64,000 nt of DNA from Phoronis australis. Lineage: Eukaryota; Animalia; Phoronida. The notes beneath the pieces are model-generated. The model worked only from the letters and a program-made list of their open reading frames with translations, searched no databases and was not told where the DNA came from. Both the position numbers and the translations under genes were made by a program. The DNA is taken from NCBI GenBank assembly GCA_002633005.1, contig NMRA01000183.1, forward strand, positions 692,942-756,941, written 5' to 3'. Of this stretch, positions 13,739-25,879 are shown piece by piece (the first letter of the stretch is position 1; every line of letters starts with the position of its first letter).

Positions 13739-16470
13739 TAGTTGATTTGAAAAATGGTCCCCCTCGCACCCCCTGACTTCAATTTTTAAGTTGCATTTTT
13801 CAAAACAAAATATGTGTGAGAACCATAAAAAGATGTTAACAAGCCGGCAAAGTGTCCCACGTTCGTTTTTAAGCAAATTAGTGCCGCCATTGCCGATTTT
13901 TCGTTATTTGATGATATTTCACACTCTTATTCTTGTAGGTGAACAAATCAAGTGTCAAAACCAATATTTTGAGGGTCAACCATTACGATGGAATATGTTT
14001 TTCATAATCTATTTCATCTAATTTGTATTATACGGTTATTTACAATCAATACTACACTGAAGGTGTACATAAGCCAATATAAACACTAAATGTGCAAATT
14101 TCAGTGTTTATATAATCAGCCAAATTTCAACAAATATTTTAAAAATCTCCAGAAAAAAGACTTCGGGAGATGGTTGCAGAAATATGGACAATCATTAGGT
14201 GTTGATGTCACTGATTACATGTTCTGACACTCTATGTCACATTCATTGCTTCCCTTGAAACTGCCATACAACTCTCCACTTTCCTCTTCTGAGTCCACTT
14301 CACAAACATTGGTGAGCAAGAAATCAATCATCAAGTTTGGTAAGATAGGACCACACGATCACACAGCTTGTAACACTCTTTCGTCAGTCTGCATCCACCC
14401 TTGTCCTTCGTCTTGACTGCTCGACTGGGTTCGCAAGCAGGCTGGTACAATGTGATACGGTGATTAACTCGTTGGATGGGAGGTTTCAGTGCAGACTGGC
14501 ACGGGGGAAGTCGAGCAAGGTCAATCTTTGACTTGTGAGGATTTCATCTTCACAAACCATTTTGCGTAACATCTTGGCACGAGTAGCATCTATCAATGAC
14601 TCACAATTCTGACCGTACATGAGGTAGTTGAACTCTTCGAACTTATATCCCAATCAACATCAGGTTTCTTGAATGCACGGCTTTTTGAGGGGACCAACCT
14701 CCCCTTTACGTATAAACGCACTGGTGCAATCTTCTCCAGTGTATACATAAAATCCAAGTAGAGCTTCACAGTGGTCTTTTCCCAAGGATTTTGCCATGTC
14801 AGAGAGATCCAGTAGTCGCCAATGTTTTCCAGATCCTGTATCTAGATATACAGACAACTTTATAGCGTGCCAGCAGCAGAATGACAAAGACACCNGAACA
14901 AATCAAGTGTCAAAACCGATATTTTGAGGGTCAACCATTACGATGGAATTTCTTCATAATCTATTTCATCTAATTTGTATTATACGGTTATTTACAATCA
15001 ATACTACACTGAAAGTGTACATAAGCCAATATAAACACTAAATGTGCAAATTTCAGTGTTTATATAATCAGCCAAATTTCAACAAATATTTTAAAAATCT
15101 CCAGAAAAAAGACTTCGGGAGATGGTTGCAGAAATATGGACAATCATTAGGTGTTGAAGTCACTGATTACATGTTCTAACACTCCATGTCACATTCATTG
15201 CTTCCTTGAAATTCCATACAACTCTCTACTTTCCTCTTCTGAGTCCACTTCACAAACATTGGTGAGCAAGAAATCAATCATGAAGTTTGGTAAGATAGGA
15301 CCACACGATCACACAGCTTGTAACACTCTTTCGTCAGTCTGCATCTACCCTTGTAACTCGTCTTGACTGCTCGATTATGGGTTCCTAAGCAGGCTGGTAC
15401 AGTGTGATACGGTGATTTACTCGTTGGATGGGAGGTTTCAGTGCAGACTGGCACGTGGGAAGTCGAGCAAGGTCAATCTTGGACTTGTGAGGATTTCATC
15501 TTCACAAACCGTTTTGCGTAACATCTTGGCACGAGTAGCATCTATCGATGACTCACGATTCTGACCGTACATGAGGCAGTTGAACTCTTCGAACTTATAT
15601 CCCAATCAACATCAGGTTTCTTGAATGCACGGCTTTTTGAGGGGACCAACCTCCCCTTTACTTATAAACGCACTGGTGCAATCTTCTCCAGTGTATACAT
15701 AAAATCCAAGTAGAGCTTCACAGTGGTCTTTTCCCAAGGATTTTGCCATGTCAGAGAGATCCAGTAGTCGCCAATGTTTTCCAGATCCTGTATCTAGATA
15801 TACAGTCAACTTTATAGCGTGCATGCAGCAGAATGACAAAGACACCAGTGTCAGGGATTCTGACGACATCGTTTCTGTGTCCAAGTGAGGCAACGTACTG
15901 GAGGTACAAAACACTTCTTCAGTCAGTCTCTTATTGGTTACTGTAGATATGTGGGATCTCTTGAGTATGAACATCGAACCACATTAATTTTTACATTATG
16001 GCATCGCAAATTAGTTAAGAAAGAAATACTCAGAAAGGTTTGTTCAGAAAAAAGAATATGGATGCCTGTCTACAATCAGGAAGGCCATCTCGGTTTTCTC
16101 CAACCTGGAAACTGCCTTCCCACCACTCCAGACCTGCAGTAACAGTTAACAGAGTTGCTTTTTGTAGTCATCGTTTGCAAGAAAGATTAGGAAGTCATAC
16201 GGCTTTTGTGTAGCTGATCCACCCGAAATTATTTTCTCCGAACTGCAAAATTACCACGTTGGAGGGAGATTTGCTAACTCGTGTAGAAGTGCAAAACGAT
16301 CTTGGATGAACAGAACATCCTCAGGATAATGAAAGTCTTCTCGCGAAATGTCGTTCAGAAGATAACGCGAAATGGAGGAGTTGTTGGTCTTAGAAAAAAT
16401 ACATTGTGTTGCAAGATTAGGGGGCACGGGTATCAGGCAGTACTTCATGAGCTTTGGCATGTTCAATGGC
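13739..16470 (-). mobile_element. AcademX DNA transposon remnant (3' half with XPG/FEN1-like nuclease region)
   Basis: Minus-strand frameshifted peptides: KLMKYCLIPVPPNLA, SNQ*ETD*RSVLY...VVRIPDTGVFVILL (XPG-I-like E-x-D / D-T-D motifs), LLGFYVYTGEDCTSAFIRKG (H3TH-like), LARLPPCQSALKPPIQRVNH. These match the XPG-containing Academ protein. Probable TAG terminus at 13739. The 5' half is missing. Confidence 0.8.
13941..15846. repeat. Tandem ~950-bp duplication (13941-14894 and 14896-15846) joined by a single N; probable assembly artefact
   Basis: Both copies start GAACAAATCAAGTGTCAAAACC and end GAATGACAAAGACACC. Roughly 97% identical by eye. The only N in the window (14895) is exactly at the junction. 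Confidence 0.9.
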
Positions 16471-16480
16471 TCACCCAGTG

Positions 16481-17233
16481 TGTTCTAAAACACCTCGACC
16501 CACAACCCCCACGACCTGTGGCAATAGATGCATCTGCGCTTTTTACACATTTCATAATCATATTATGTTTCTGAGTGACTTTCCCCTAAGACATATCTAC
16601 GCGAGTATCAGATATAGCCGAATGTGAGCGTGCTACTGTTGTCATGCAAATACATGTAGTTTCACGAGTAGCTACCACTTGCCTTGTTCTATTAAGCTTA
16701 GGGAGAGAGTACGTTAACGTGAATGCACATAATTTCACACAATTATTATTTGTTCTCTGTTGTATTCTCGTTTTCAATATACTACATGACATGCTGAGAT
16801 ACTTTTTAGTTGAGAGTTTGTTTTTCAAAGTGAATTTAGACAGTGTCAGACAGTGTAAAGTGTATTTACTGAAGCAATTACATATTCGTGGGTTCCTCCT
16901 CTCCCCCAAAAAAATTGAATCTGCCATACACTGAAGAGCAGAAGATACGATTACACTCTGCGGGGAACGACATTTATAATGTTGGTAGGTCTTTGATTTC
17001 GTTGTTTTTTGTTCTGCTTTTGGCTTTCAAACTTGCCGAATTGCAAAAAAAGAAAAGCCAGCCGAGCTCACGGACAGACTCGAAGGGTCCTGTTAGTCAG
17101 TGCTGGTTCAATGTTCAGATCTAATTGAGCTTGTTTAAACTGGGTAGAGGGGGTTGTGTACAATTGGGTCGAGGAGGTCGTGGGTGAGGGGGTCGTCAGT
17201 AGCGTGCGGGTCAAGGGAGTTTTAGAACAATCC
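16481..17233 (-). mobile_element. Uninterrupted, diverged copy of the non-autonomous Merlin at 674-4616 (opposite orientation, left terminus eroded)
   Basis: Collinear with the reverse complement of 4055-4550 (GACCCACAACCCCC, TGTGGCAATAGA, GTACGTTAACGTGAAT, CCAGCCGAGCTC) and then of 674-760. Ends TTTTAGAACAATCC. Confidence 0.85.
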
Positions 17234-19179
17234 AGATTTAAGAAGGAGCGTGAATCTGGGACAGCTCTCAGCTTGATACTGGGCAACAAAATGATATTCC
17301 TCTCACGCTTGTGGAGAAATGAAATGAAAATTGCTATTGTTACATTTTCTTGTAAAGATGGCTGCCATCCTTGGTTTCAGTTTTGCTGCAGAAAGTGCAC
17401 TCAGGTGGGAAAATGACCACGATGGCGCATGATGTTGATAGTTTATGGAGCGAATGATGCACTTGGGAGCTTGGTGACTCTGAGCCTTAACTGTCCCCCA
17501 AAGGGGGAAGTTTGGTATTGAAATCTTTATAGCTTTTTCTGTGATAACCCATTTTCTTCCAATTCACTGGCTGGACTTTGTTAGCCTATCATTTTCGTGA
17601 TCGATATCGCATGTTTCGCCCGATGGACACGAAATTTACGAAGGGTATTTATCTAGTCAATCTTTCGGGTCTTTTGTTTTGGGCGAAATCTAACTTTGGG
17701 GCTACTCTTAGCCGAAACTTTACAAATGTGGTGTGAAAGTAGATCCTTTCATGGGATATCTGAAATGCGGGAATGGGACTTAACGTTCTCGAATTACTGG
17801 ACTGTCTGATCTGACGATAGTCTTTTATTGGCTGATTCCTCAATGGCTTTTTAATGGTTTATCATTTACTGAACGCTGGTGTGGTTGATGAAGCTATTTT
17901 CAAACTAATATTTAGCTTCTTAGATTCAACCACCACTACCTTAAAAGTTTGAATTTCATACATCCAACATATTTAGTAGATGGCGTTTTGATCTCTTATT
18001 CGAGAGTGTCAATTCACTGTAAGTGACTAATTCAGTATTGGGTGAAATTAGTAAGCGGTTATTATCCCAAAGAAATGACAAGACTCAGATTGAAATGTAA
18101 CGATAGTCAGGTAAACATGGGCCAGCATTAGCGAGCAGCTAACGAAGGGGGGACAGGATAGCAGGCCCGTAGGAAGGTAAAAAAATTATTGGGGGGTCAC
18201 AAACCAATGTGACTTCGCCAATGTACCCCCTTGCTATCGTCACCCCCACCGTTATGTGGATGTCACCATATTTGTACCGAACCTCACCCCCCAGGTCCTC
18301 CATAATTGGGGGTAATACCGGGGATGCAGCCATAAGGATTTGAGTAACCGCGAACCAACAAAGACTCAAGGAGAATAAGAATGGCTCTAGGCCCGAGCGC
18401 ATTGACGGGCATCTGGGTGCTGTCTGAAGTAACTATAGCCGAGTCGAAGGTCAAGGTTCCTTTTATTATGGCCATTCTTTGAAGTAATTTTTCGAAGAAT
18501 GAGGTCCAGAGGTGCCTGGTATGAGTGCCTCCGTTTCCGTTTTAGAATCCCTTGAAACGCTGGCGGTAGTCCAGTTTCTAGTTGCTGGGGAAAATGATAC
18601 AGAGTGTGACCCAAAAATGTATACATTTCAACGTATGGAGTTCAAATTCAGTTTCCGTGGGTAACTGAGATTCTAAGCAGGCCTACTGCATGGCTACTCC
18701 TTATTTTTAACGCGATGTGCCTGTCATGACGTGCTCCGTGCATGCACACACCTAGAGGGGGGCCTCGGGGGGGGGGGCTCGATGGCAAAGTGGGCAAAAC
18801 AAGAAGCCCGAGAAAAACGAGACAAAAGTCCACTAAAACGGCAGGATTCGGCGTATGCGCAATTCATAGCCCTGAACAAATCTCGCATTCGTTTTTTAAG
18901 TAAAAGGTCTACATCTTCAAAATTCAAGCCCCCTTGTATTTTAGGCTGGGTGCGCGCATGCCACGTGTGTACGGGAAATGCAAGCAAACGATTCAGTTTT
19001 GAAGAACAAATATTCATTGCCCAATAGCATTTGAAAAAAACATCAGGGAAGTTCAAGACAACCTTTCCAAGTTGATGACCGATAAGTTTAATTTTATTTA
19101 TTTAAGTACTTAAACTTCGTTTTCGATCTACAGTTTGTAAACTTAAACCCAGCAATCTAGTTTCTGAGCCAATAAACAA

Positions 19180-19780
19180 TTTATTGTCATTTGAGTTGTG
19201 AGAACATTTCAGGACTCATTGTTGAGCTGTCCAAAATACATTTGATTTCCTTGAGACTTATTTCAGATAGACAAAAATCGTTTTGTGTACTTTTATATGT
19301 GGGGATCGATTTTTCCCAATGTCGGTTCATTGAAGTATTGTTATTTCTTACAAAACTAGCTTCAAATTGTCAAAAAAATCATCTCTCAATCAGTCCCCTT
19401 TTGTAGATACATAAACGTGTAAATCAGAAACCAACAATCAAATCCATGAGCAATGTGTTTACCTTGATTTAATGACCTAATTCCTTTTTGATCCCCTGTT
19501 AGTGACATCAAATCTTGTCAAAAAGCAATTGTCATTTGAATTGTGAGTATTTTTTGGGAAATGTCCGAACTTCATCAATGCTTTTGAGAGTTGTTTTAGA
19601 TCGGCAGAAGGAGTCCAAGTGCACTGTACTATTTGGGGATCGGATTTATTTTTTCCATATTCAGGCTTCAACTACATTCCCTGAATCGTCATCTTTTCTG
19701 AAAAAAAATAGCTTCTAATTGCCAAAAATCACCTGTCGGTTTTAGTAGAAACATAAACAAGTAAATCACAAACCAACGAA
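19180..19780 (+). repeat. Old diverged tandem duplication (~340-bp period)
   Basis: ATTGTCATTTGA(G/A)TTGTGAG, TGGGGATCG, GCTTC(A/T)AATTG and GTAGA(T/A)ACATAAAC...GTAAATCA(G/C)AAACCAAC recur in order at ~19180-19440 and ~19525-19780. Confidence 0.7.
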
Positions 19781-20262
19781 TTTGTTGATAAAAGCGGAAT
19801 GGTATAAGCAATTTCCGCGGGCATACCCACAGATTTTTGGCGGGTAACCGGGGGAAGTGGGAGATTCATAGTAAGGTATATTTTTGCTGTGTATGAAGTA
19901 CCTATAACGGTTCACGAGTTTACCTTAAAAAACGCTGAAATATTTGTTTATTTTGTTTATTATTGCGAGTATTTGGGTACACTCGTTCGACATGTACCCG
20001 GTCACTTCAATGGTAGGCTTGACAACAGTGTTTTCCACATGTGAGAATTCCTTATAAACAAATCATGGTTACCATCTTCAAAAGACATTTTATTCTTGTG
20101 ATAATATGGGAAACAGTAACATTATTTTATAACTAACCTTCGGAAATAGTCCTTTTGTTTAATTAACAAAAAGCGGTCTTCACGTTCTTTGAAATTCACG
20201 CCCCCCGTTTCGACGGCGGTCAATCGTATTGTATCTTTTCACATTTTTTGGTTGTTTGCGTA

Positions 20263-23200
20263 TAGTCGGTGGGCCAAATCTCATAGCGTTCATCCTTGTG
20301 AGTACTTTGGGGGGGGGCAACCTAGTTTTTTCTATGTGGCTAGATAATATAACTAAAAATCAAATTCCAAAAAGTTCCCACGTCTACACTTGCACATTTT
20401 TTTAAAAAAGGTGTTTTTGTTGCACAAAATATGATGCATATTCCTGCCACTTGATGGCGCTTTTCTAGTGAATTGACCAATCAGAGAGCCAGATTGTATT
20501 GTTGTGCTTAGTTACTTCAATATGGCTGCTCCCATGGAATGTGATGTCTGTATAAGTCAAGGTTTATCAAACAGCACACAATTGTGATGTCAGAGCCTAA
20601 AGAAGCTTAGGAAAGCTTCCTGACGAAAGCTGATTGACTGTGGAACTCTGTAGATCAGTAGATCAAAAAGAAGAAGAGGTGTCACAAACGTTTGTGCAGA
20701 AAACAGCTGCATGCCCTGGTAGCCTACACAGTATACTGCTGAGTGCTATAGACTAGAATACCAAGTGTCAGACCAGAAAATTGAAAGGACATAGAACGGC
20801 ATAGCAACGTTTCAAGGCACCAACAGTAGTACTAAAGCTGAAGTTGCTGAAAGTGATACAGATGTTATCCAAGATTTCCCAAGAAAATCAATCACTTCCA
20901 AAATCTGAAACACCCAATTAACCTGAACAAGATAGGAACATTCTGAAACATGAGTGCATCATTTGTTAGCAGGAAAAGTACATTATGGGCCACATTTCAA
21001 GAAAGAGAAAGAAGTATAGCTTTCAAAAACAGGTACGTGTTTTTTAAAAATACATTTTGGTGTTTTCCACGTGTGATTCAGTATTATCACCAGTTGTTTT
21101 TTAACTTGTTCAGCCCCTTGACTGCCTAGGCCTTAGACAATACTGCTGACCCAGTAGAGACGATGATCATACTATAGGTACTTCATATGCCGGATACTTT
21201 TCGGCAAATTATGTTCCTATAAGTTTAGAAGTACCGCGTAGAGAGATGCCTCTGAGGAGGTCGTTAATGTTTTCATTTGTTCCCAGTTTAAACAAATACT
21301 CCTGCAATCCTGTTTTTCGAACACTCCATTCAGTTGCCACATCGACACTGCTTGCGCTAAGGGATAATCCTATGGCGTTATACTGTGGGTGTGATTTTAA
21401 AGCACTTTAAGTCTAAAATTTTTGAGAAGGTTAAATGGAGTAGATAGTTCCAAACAACATGCCCAAGTGGCCGTCATCCCCTGCCGTAGTCTCAATTTTT
21501 TGTAAACATTAATTACTTAGGTAGCAGCTGCAATGATAATTAAATTAAAGTGCCTAAGTGGCCATCGTCGCCGTCGAAATTTGAGGACGATGGAAGCCAC
21601 TGTCCATTTCGTCAAACGTCGATTACCTTAAGTGTAAATCGATTGACTATGGTTTGAGCATCTGATTTAAAAAAATTAAATTTCAATCACTGCACAGGTA
21701 TATCAGCTGATTTATTTTCAGCTGCATCTACTGATCTAATTATTAGACGATCAACATTATTAGGCTACAGGTCAAACGGCATGTAAATTTGTTAGGCTGG
21801 TGGTGGATCAGCTCCTGATACGTCCGTCTGAAAAAGTTGCATGCCAACTCACTCATAGTTGAATGTTAAATTAGTGTTAACAGTTCGGGTTTTTTTCAGT
21901 TGGACTTGTATCGCAAGCAACAGCTCAGTCCAGAGCCCTGAATATGCAAATGAAATTCAAAGATAAAGACCTTGTGTCTTAGAAGCCAAGTACCACAGAT
22001 CATCATGCTGTAAAAAAGAGAAAGACAAAGATTGTGGAGAGTGACGAATCCCCAGTTTTCAGAGATGTTTTTCTACAGTTTTGTTTGGAGTTCATTGAAT
22101 CAAAGCTTCTATCACATGGAGATGTCATTTGCCTTTCAAAAATAAAGCAAGACTTTGAAGCTGTTCTTCAGAAAGCTGGTGTGCATGAAGTTATTTGGAC
22201 AGGCAATCTTAAGAAATATTGTTGAAGCTACTCACTGTTGTAGTTTGTGCCTGACTAAGAGATACGAAAGTGAATTGAGGCTAGTGTTCAATAATTCACT
22301 TGCTGACTCTAATTAACACAGCCCATTGTAACATATTTTGAATCAAACGTTTGCCCAAATAGTGCCCGCCTCCAAACAAGGACTTAGTGTTTGACCCTTC
22401 ATTGCCTGCGGGCTAATCACCAGTGTGCAGTGCTGTACCCTCTCTAATCGACCATAGTTGGCTCCTTGGCGGTGGAGCTTTGCAGTTAATATGTATGGCA
22501 ATGACCGCATCTCCATTGACAGTACTAAACGATGAACGCTGCAAGTGCAAAAAGAACATGTGTGCTGGGAAACTGAGTTTGTGCTGCAATGCTGGGTCAA
22601 ACTGTACAGAAATGTGCAGCTGTGACAACTGTAGTAACATCAGCAACACTGACTGCATAACATTGGATAGTTCTTTGACAGGCCAACCCTAAATAGACCT
22701 CCAACCCCGTTATTTCCTTTTTTGTATTAAAAAGTTAATTTTATTTGTTGATTAAGTCATAGAAAGTACATACTTTGATCATTGTCATGTATTTGTCTCA
22801 TACTGCTTAATAAACGCTGTCAGAATAATCTATTTTAATACAGTCTTTGTGCACATTCACAGAGATCATTCAACTATATTGTTTTTGTACTATAACATAT
22901 TTCTGGTGTATTATGCAAACAAGCTGTATTTTACACCATTAGTCAATGTTTTAGTCATTGAGGCACAAATTTTGCCCAGTCTCAAGTGTTTTGTGTTATT
23001 TTTGTTGCCTGACAATGCCAGAATAACTTCCTAGAAACATTCAGACTTAGTTTGTATTTTTGCCACTAGGTGTCTCTTTACGTTTTTTAAATTTCACTGT
23101 TTACAATTAATTTACAATAGTAAAACATGTAATGTGAGTGTAATATTGTTCAATACAATGGCACTGATGGGACCATATTACTTGTTTTACAAAAAAGTCA

Positions 23201-23426
23201 CCAAAACTGTTGTTTTTACAAATATAAGTTTACTAAGCTCTTTGGTGATTATTAGGTAACTTCAAACTCAAATTTCTCAAAAATGTGCAACTTTATATGT
23301 GGGAACTTTTTAGATTTTGAAAACACTCTAATAAATGAACTAAAAAACACCAAAATAAAATTGCCCCCCTAAAGTACTCACAAAAACCATTTTCTAGAGG
23401 CCCTACAAAATCTGGCCCACCGACTA
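20263..23426 (+). mobile_element. Internally deleted AcademX transposon with intact termini
   Basis: TAGTCGGTGGGCCA...TGGCCCACCGACTA termini with ~150-bp imperfect TIRs. 3-bp TSD GTA at 20260-20262 and 23427-23429. Coding remnants IQDKDLVS/EAKYH (~21955-22000) and C-terminal Cys-rich CKCKKNMC...CCNAGSNCTEMCSCDNCSN (~22540-22640). TAG...CTA, 3-bp TSD and a Cys8 finger are established Academ features. Confidence 0.93.
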
Positions 23427-24993
23427 GTAGAATGTCTTAATACTGCTGTGCTGTTCTCGAATGTTTTGTGTTTCTTGATGAATTTTATATCACAACTTTC
23501 CTTGTTGATACTTGGCAGTGTCGGATTTACATGTATAAAAGGACAAAGGGACATTTCTTTGAACTGCTTCACCGAGAGAGGGTCGCGTCTGAAACGGGAC
23601 ACCTTAATTATGAAAAGCTAGACAGTATTAAGCTTGGGAAAGAGAAATAGTTCATTCCAACGTCGTGTGGTCTGACGACGATACAGGAAGTGACCTTCTT
23701 CAACATTAAAGTTGGTTGCACGATTTCACAAAAAAACAAACAGGAAAATAGACGTAATTGAGTACCGCTTTGGATCCTGTCTCCGTGAGCGTACCCTTAA
23801 GAAATTGTCAATACAAACATGAAAACAGGAGCCACTTGAAAGTCATCAATGGCCTCCTTCAGACGTGGGTCCCATCTATGTGAAAATGTCTATATTTTCA
23901 AAAATCAAGAATTGTGCATAATTTTTTTCGAGTGTTATACACTTTGAGAAAAAAAGCGACAGTGGTCTCCCTTATCTCTTGCCAGACAGGAACCTGTAGA
24001 AAAATATGGTTTTGCAGTCGCAAAATTGACTTACAGAATTTAAAAATCCAGTAAATAAATACGCTCCGCAAAAGCTTCCATTTATAAATTTTGTTGATTT
24101 TTCGAAATATATGCATAAATCATTGCGTGAACCTTTCCAAGTGCATTTAGACGACCTGTGCTACGAAAGCAGAGACCCCAACAACAATATCCTGCCCAGA
24201 GTTCTCAAAAGGTAAACCATGCCGTGATACTTAGTTGTTTAATATTCTCTTGAGTTTTCTCTCTTATCTGCATTTAGCAGTCTTTCTTTTCGCGACTGTC
24301 CCCGCCCAACGAGTATGTCGGTTGCTACGGTTTAACCCTAACGCCTGAAATTTTTTTGGGGGGCGCCCCCCCCCCCCCCCTTCCAACGGCCCTGGATAGA
24401 CATATGAACGGCCTGTAAAAGGCTAAAACAGTCACTGGAGGTGTATCACTGGTTAAAATACATCAAATGCATGTGCCATGTTTGATGGATACCAACATGG
24501 AATTTCACCAAAGAAATCTAGTTATAGAAGGTGTCACCTGGGGTCAGCAAGAGTCAAATCACCTAAAGATTGAAGTTGATCGATTTCTTGGAAATATATT
24601 CGCAAAAGACTTGAAGCTACTCCATGAGGCCTACGTGATGCATCTCCAAATTTCCTGTGGTCAAGAACCGTAAACTGCGTGGCCGTAGAATTATCCTTTT
24701 TATCGACTGTTGCTTGTAAACAAACAGAAGCCCCGTTTTATTTTTTATTTCTTTAGCTCGACAGGAAGTTCATTGAATAACATCTGAAATCAACAGTATC
24801 CCACAAGCTGGACCCCAAAGCAAATACAAAATGGCCAAAAATTACATATAGAAAATTCATTAAAAATTGCACTCCAATGAAAATTAACGGAAAAAACTTT
24901 GAAAATGGAAAGACCGTCTTCTGATAGACATATTCAATGTCTACATGAATTTCATCAAGATTTTTCTTCCCGTTCTTTTAAACAGCTTTAATA

Positions 24994-25879
24994 CCCTCCC
25001 GCAGTGATTGTAAGACGCAGAGACGCGTCCCCTGTGGTGGATGGGGGAAGCGCTTCTAAACGTGGGTTGCACCGAATAACATGGAATAAGGTGCCGTCAA
25101 CCAACTCAACCTAGGAGAATGGAAATCTCTGATTCCAAACCCGGGTAGATGAAGCTCGTTCACCTTGGAAGGCAGATTGTCTAGGTGAAAGAAAACTCTG
25201 ATTCCAAACGCGAGTAGACAGAACTCATTAGCCTTGGCAGGCCGTTTATCTAGGAGAAGGCAAATTCTGATTTAAAATCAGGGGCAGAGGATGCCCCCAA
25301 GCAACGGACAGTAGAGTCTCTACGAGAGAGAACCTCTGATAAAAAACAACGCCAAACTCGGATATACTGGGCACCTGTGGCGCGCAACGGCAGTGTAACG
25401 CATACGTCACCATGATGGTCAATATAGATTCTTACTGTGATGATGCTCTACATGTGGAGTCCCGCCGGGCTAGTAGAGTGACGGGCTTTATGCCTCGTAT
25501 GGGCACACCCCAAGCTACCGGTGGTCACCACCTCCCAATGCGAGAAGCAAGGCACTGGAGACGTAGGGCAAAAGATACTGGCCAAACCTCAAGACTAACA
25601 GCAGAGATAGAGACTCTCAGGATCTTACAATGAAATGCCCAAGGAGTGTTTATAAAGAAGGGCCTCTCGGAGCTGTGTCCATGCGATATGGCAGCCAGAC
25701 CACGGAACAGATCCTCCACACATGGCCATTGCACGAGGAAAAGAGGAACCAAGTGTGGCCCTCCACCACCTCGCTTTGGCTTGACAAGAAACTCTATGGC
25801 AGCCTAGATGACCTGCAGAGGACAGCAGCAATCATTGGCAGAACAGATTCGACCATTTGACGAACGACAAGAAGAAGAA
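24994..25879 (+). mobile_element. Bipartite (internally deleted) non-autonomous LINE, Ingi/I-group-like
   Basis: 5' UTR with ~70-bp repeats (25111, 25181, 25250). ORF start leads into the APE endonuclease N-terminus LRILQ*NAQGVFIKK, joined directly to a C-terminal zinc knuckle remnant LCPC/GSQTTEQILHTWP...WPSTTSL...KLYGSLDDLQRTAA. (GAA)n tail. Imperfect TSD GCTTTAATAC / GCCTTAATAC. Confidence 0.8.

Larger units (their letters stand above)
18162..24394. mobile_element. Non-autonomous CAG-terminated DNA transposon with 5-bp TSD (hAT5-like), hosting a nested Academ
   Basis: TIRs CAGGCCCGTAGGAAGG and CCTTCCAACGGCCCTG (14/16 match), flanked by GATAG at 18157-18161 and 24395-24399. No transposase seen. 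Family assignment is inferred from termini and TSD length only. Confidence 0.6.

Noticed and set aside
14660-15974. Host XPG/FEN1 nuclease gene
   Set aside because: Frameshifted, and the motif context matches the AcademX transposon protein.
22423-22692. Host tesmin/CXC or metallothionein-like gene
   Set aside because: It lies inside Academ TIRs and corresponds to the element's C-terminal Cys-rich finger.
25111-25290. Hammerhead ribozymes in the 70-bp repeats
   Set aside because: CTGATTC does not match the CUGANGA core, and I found no correctly placed GAAA and stems.
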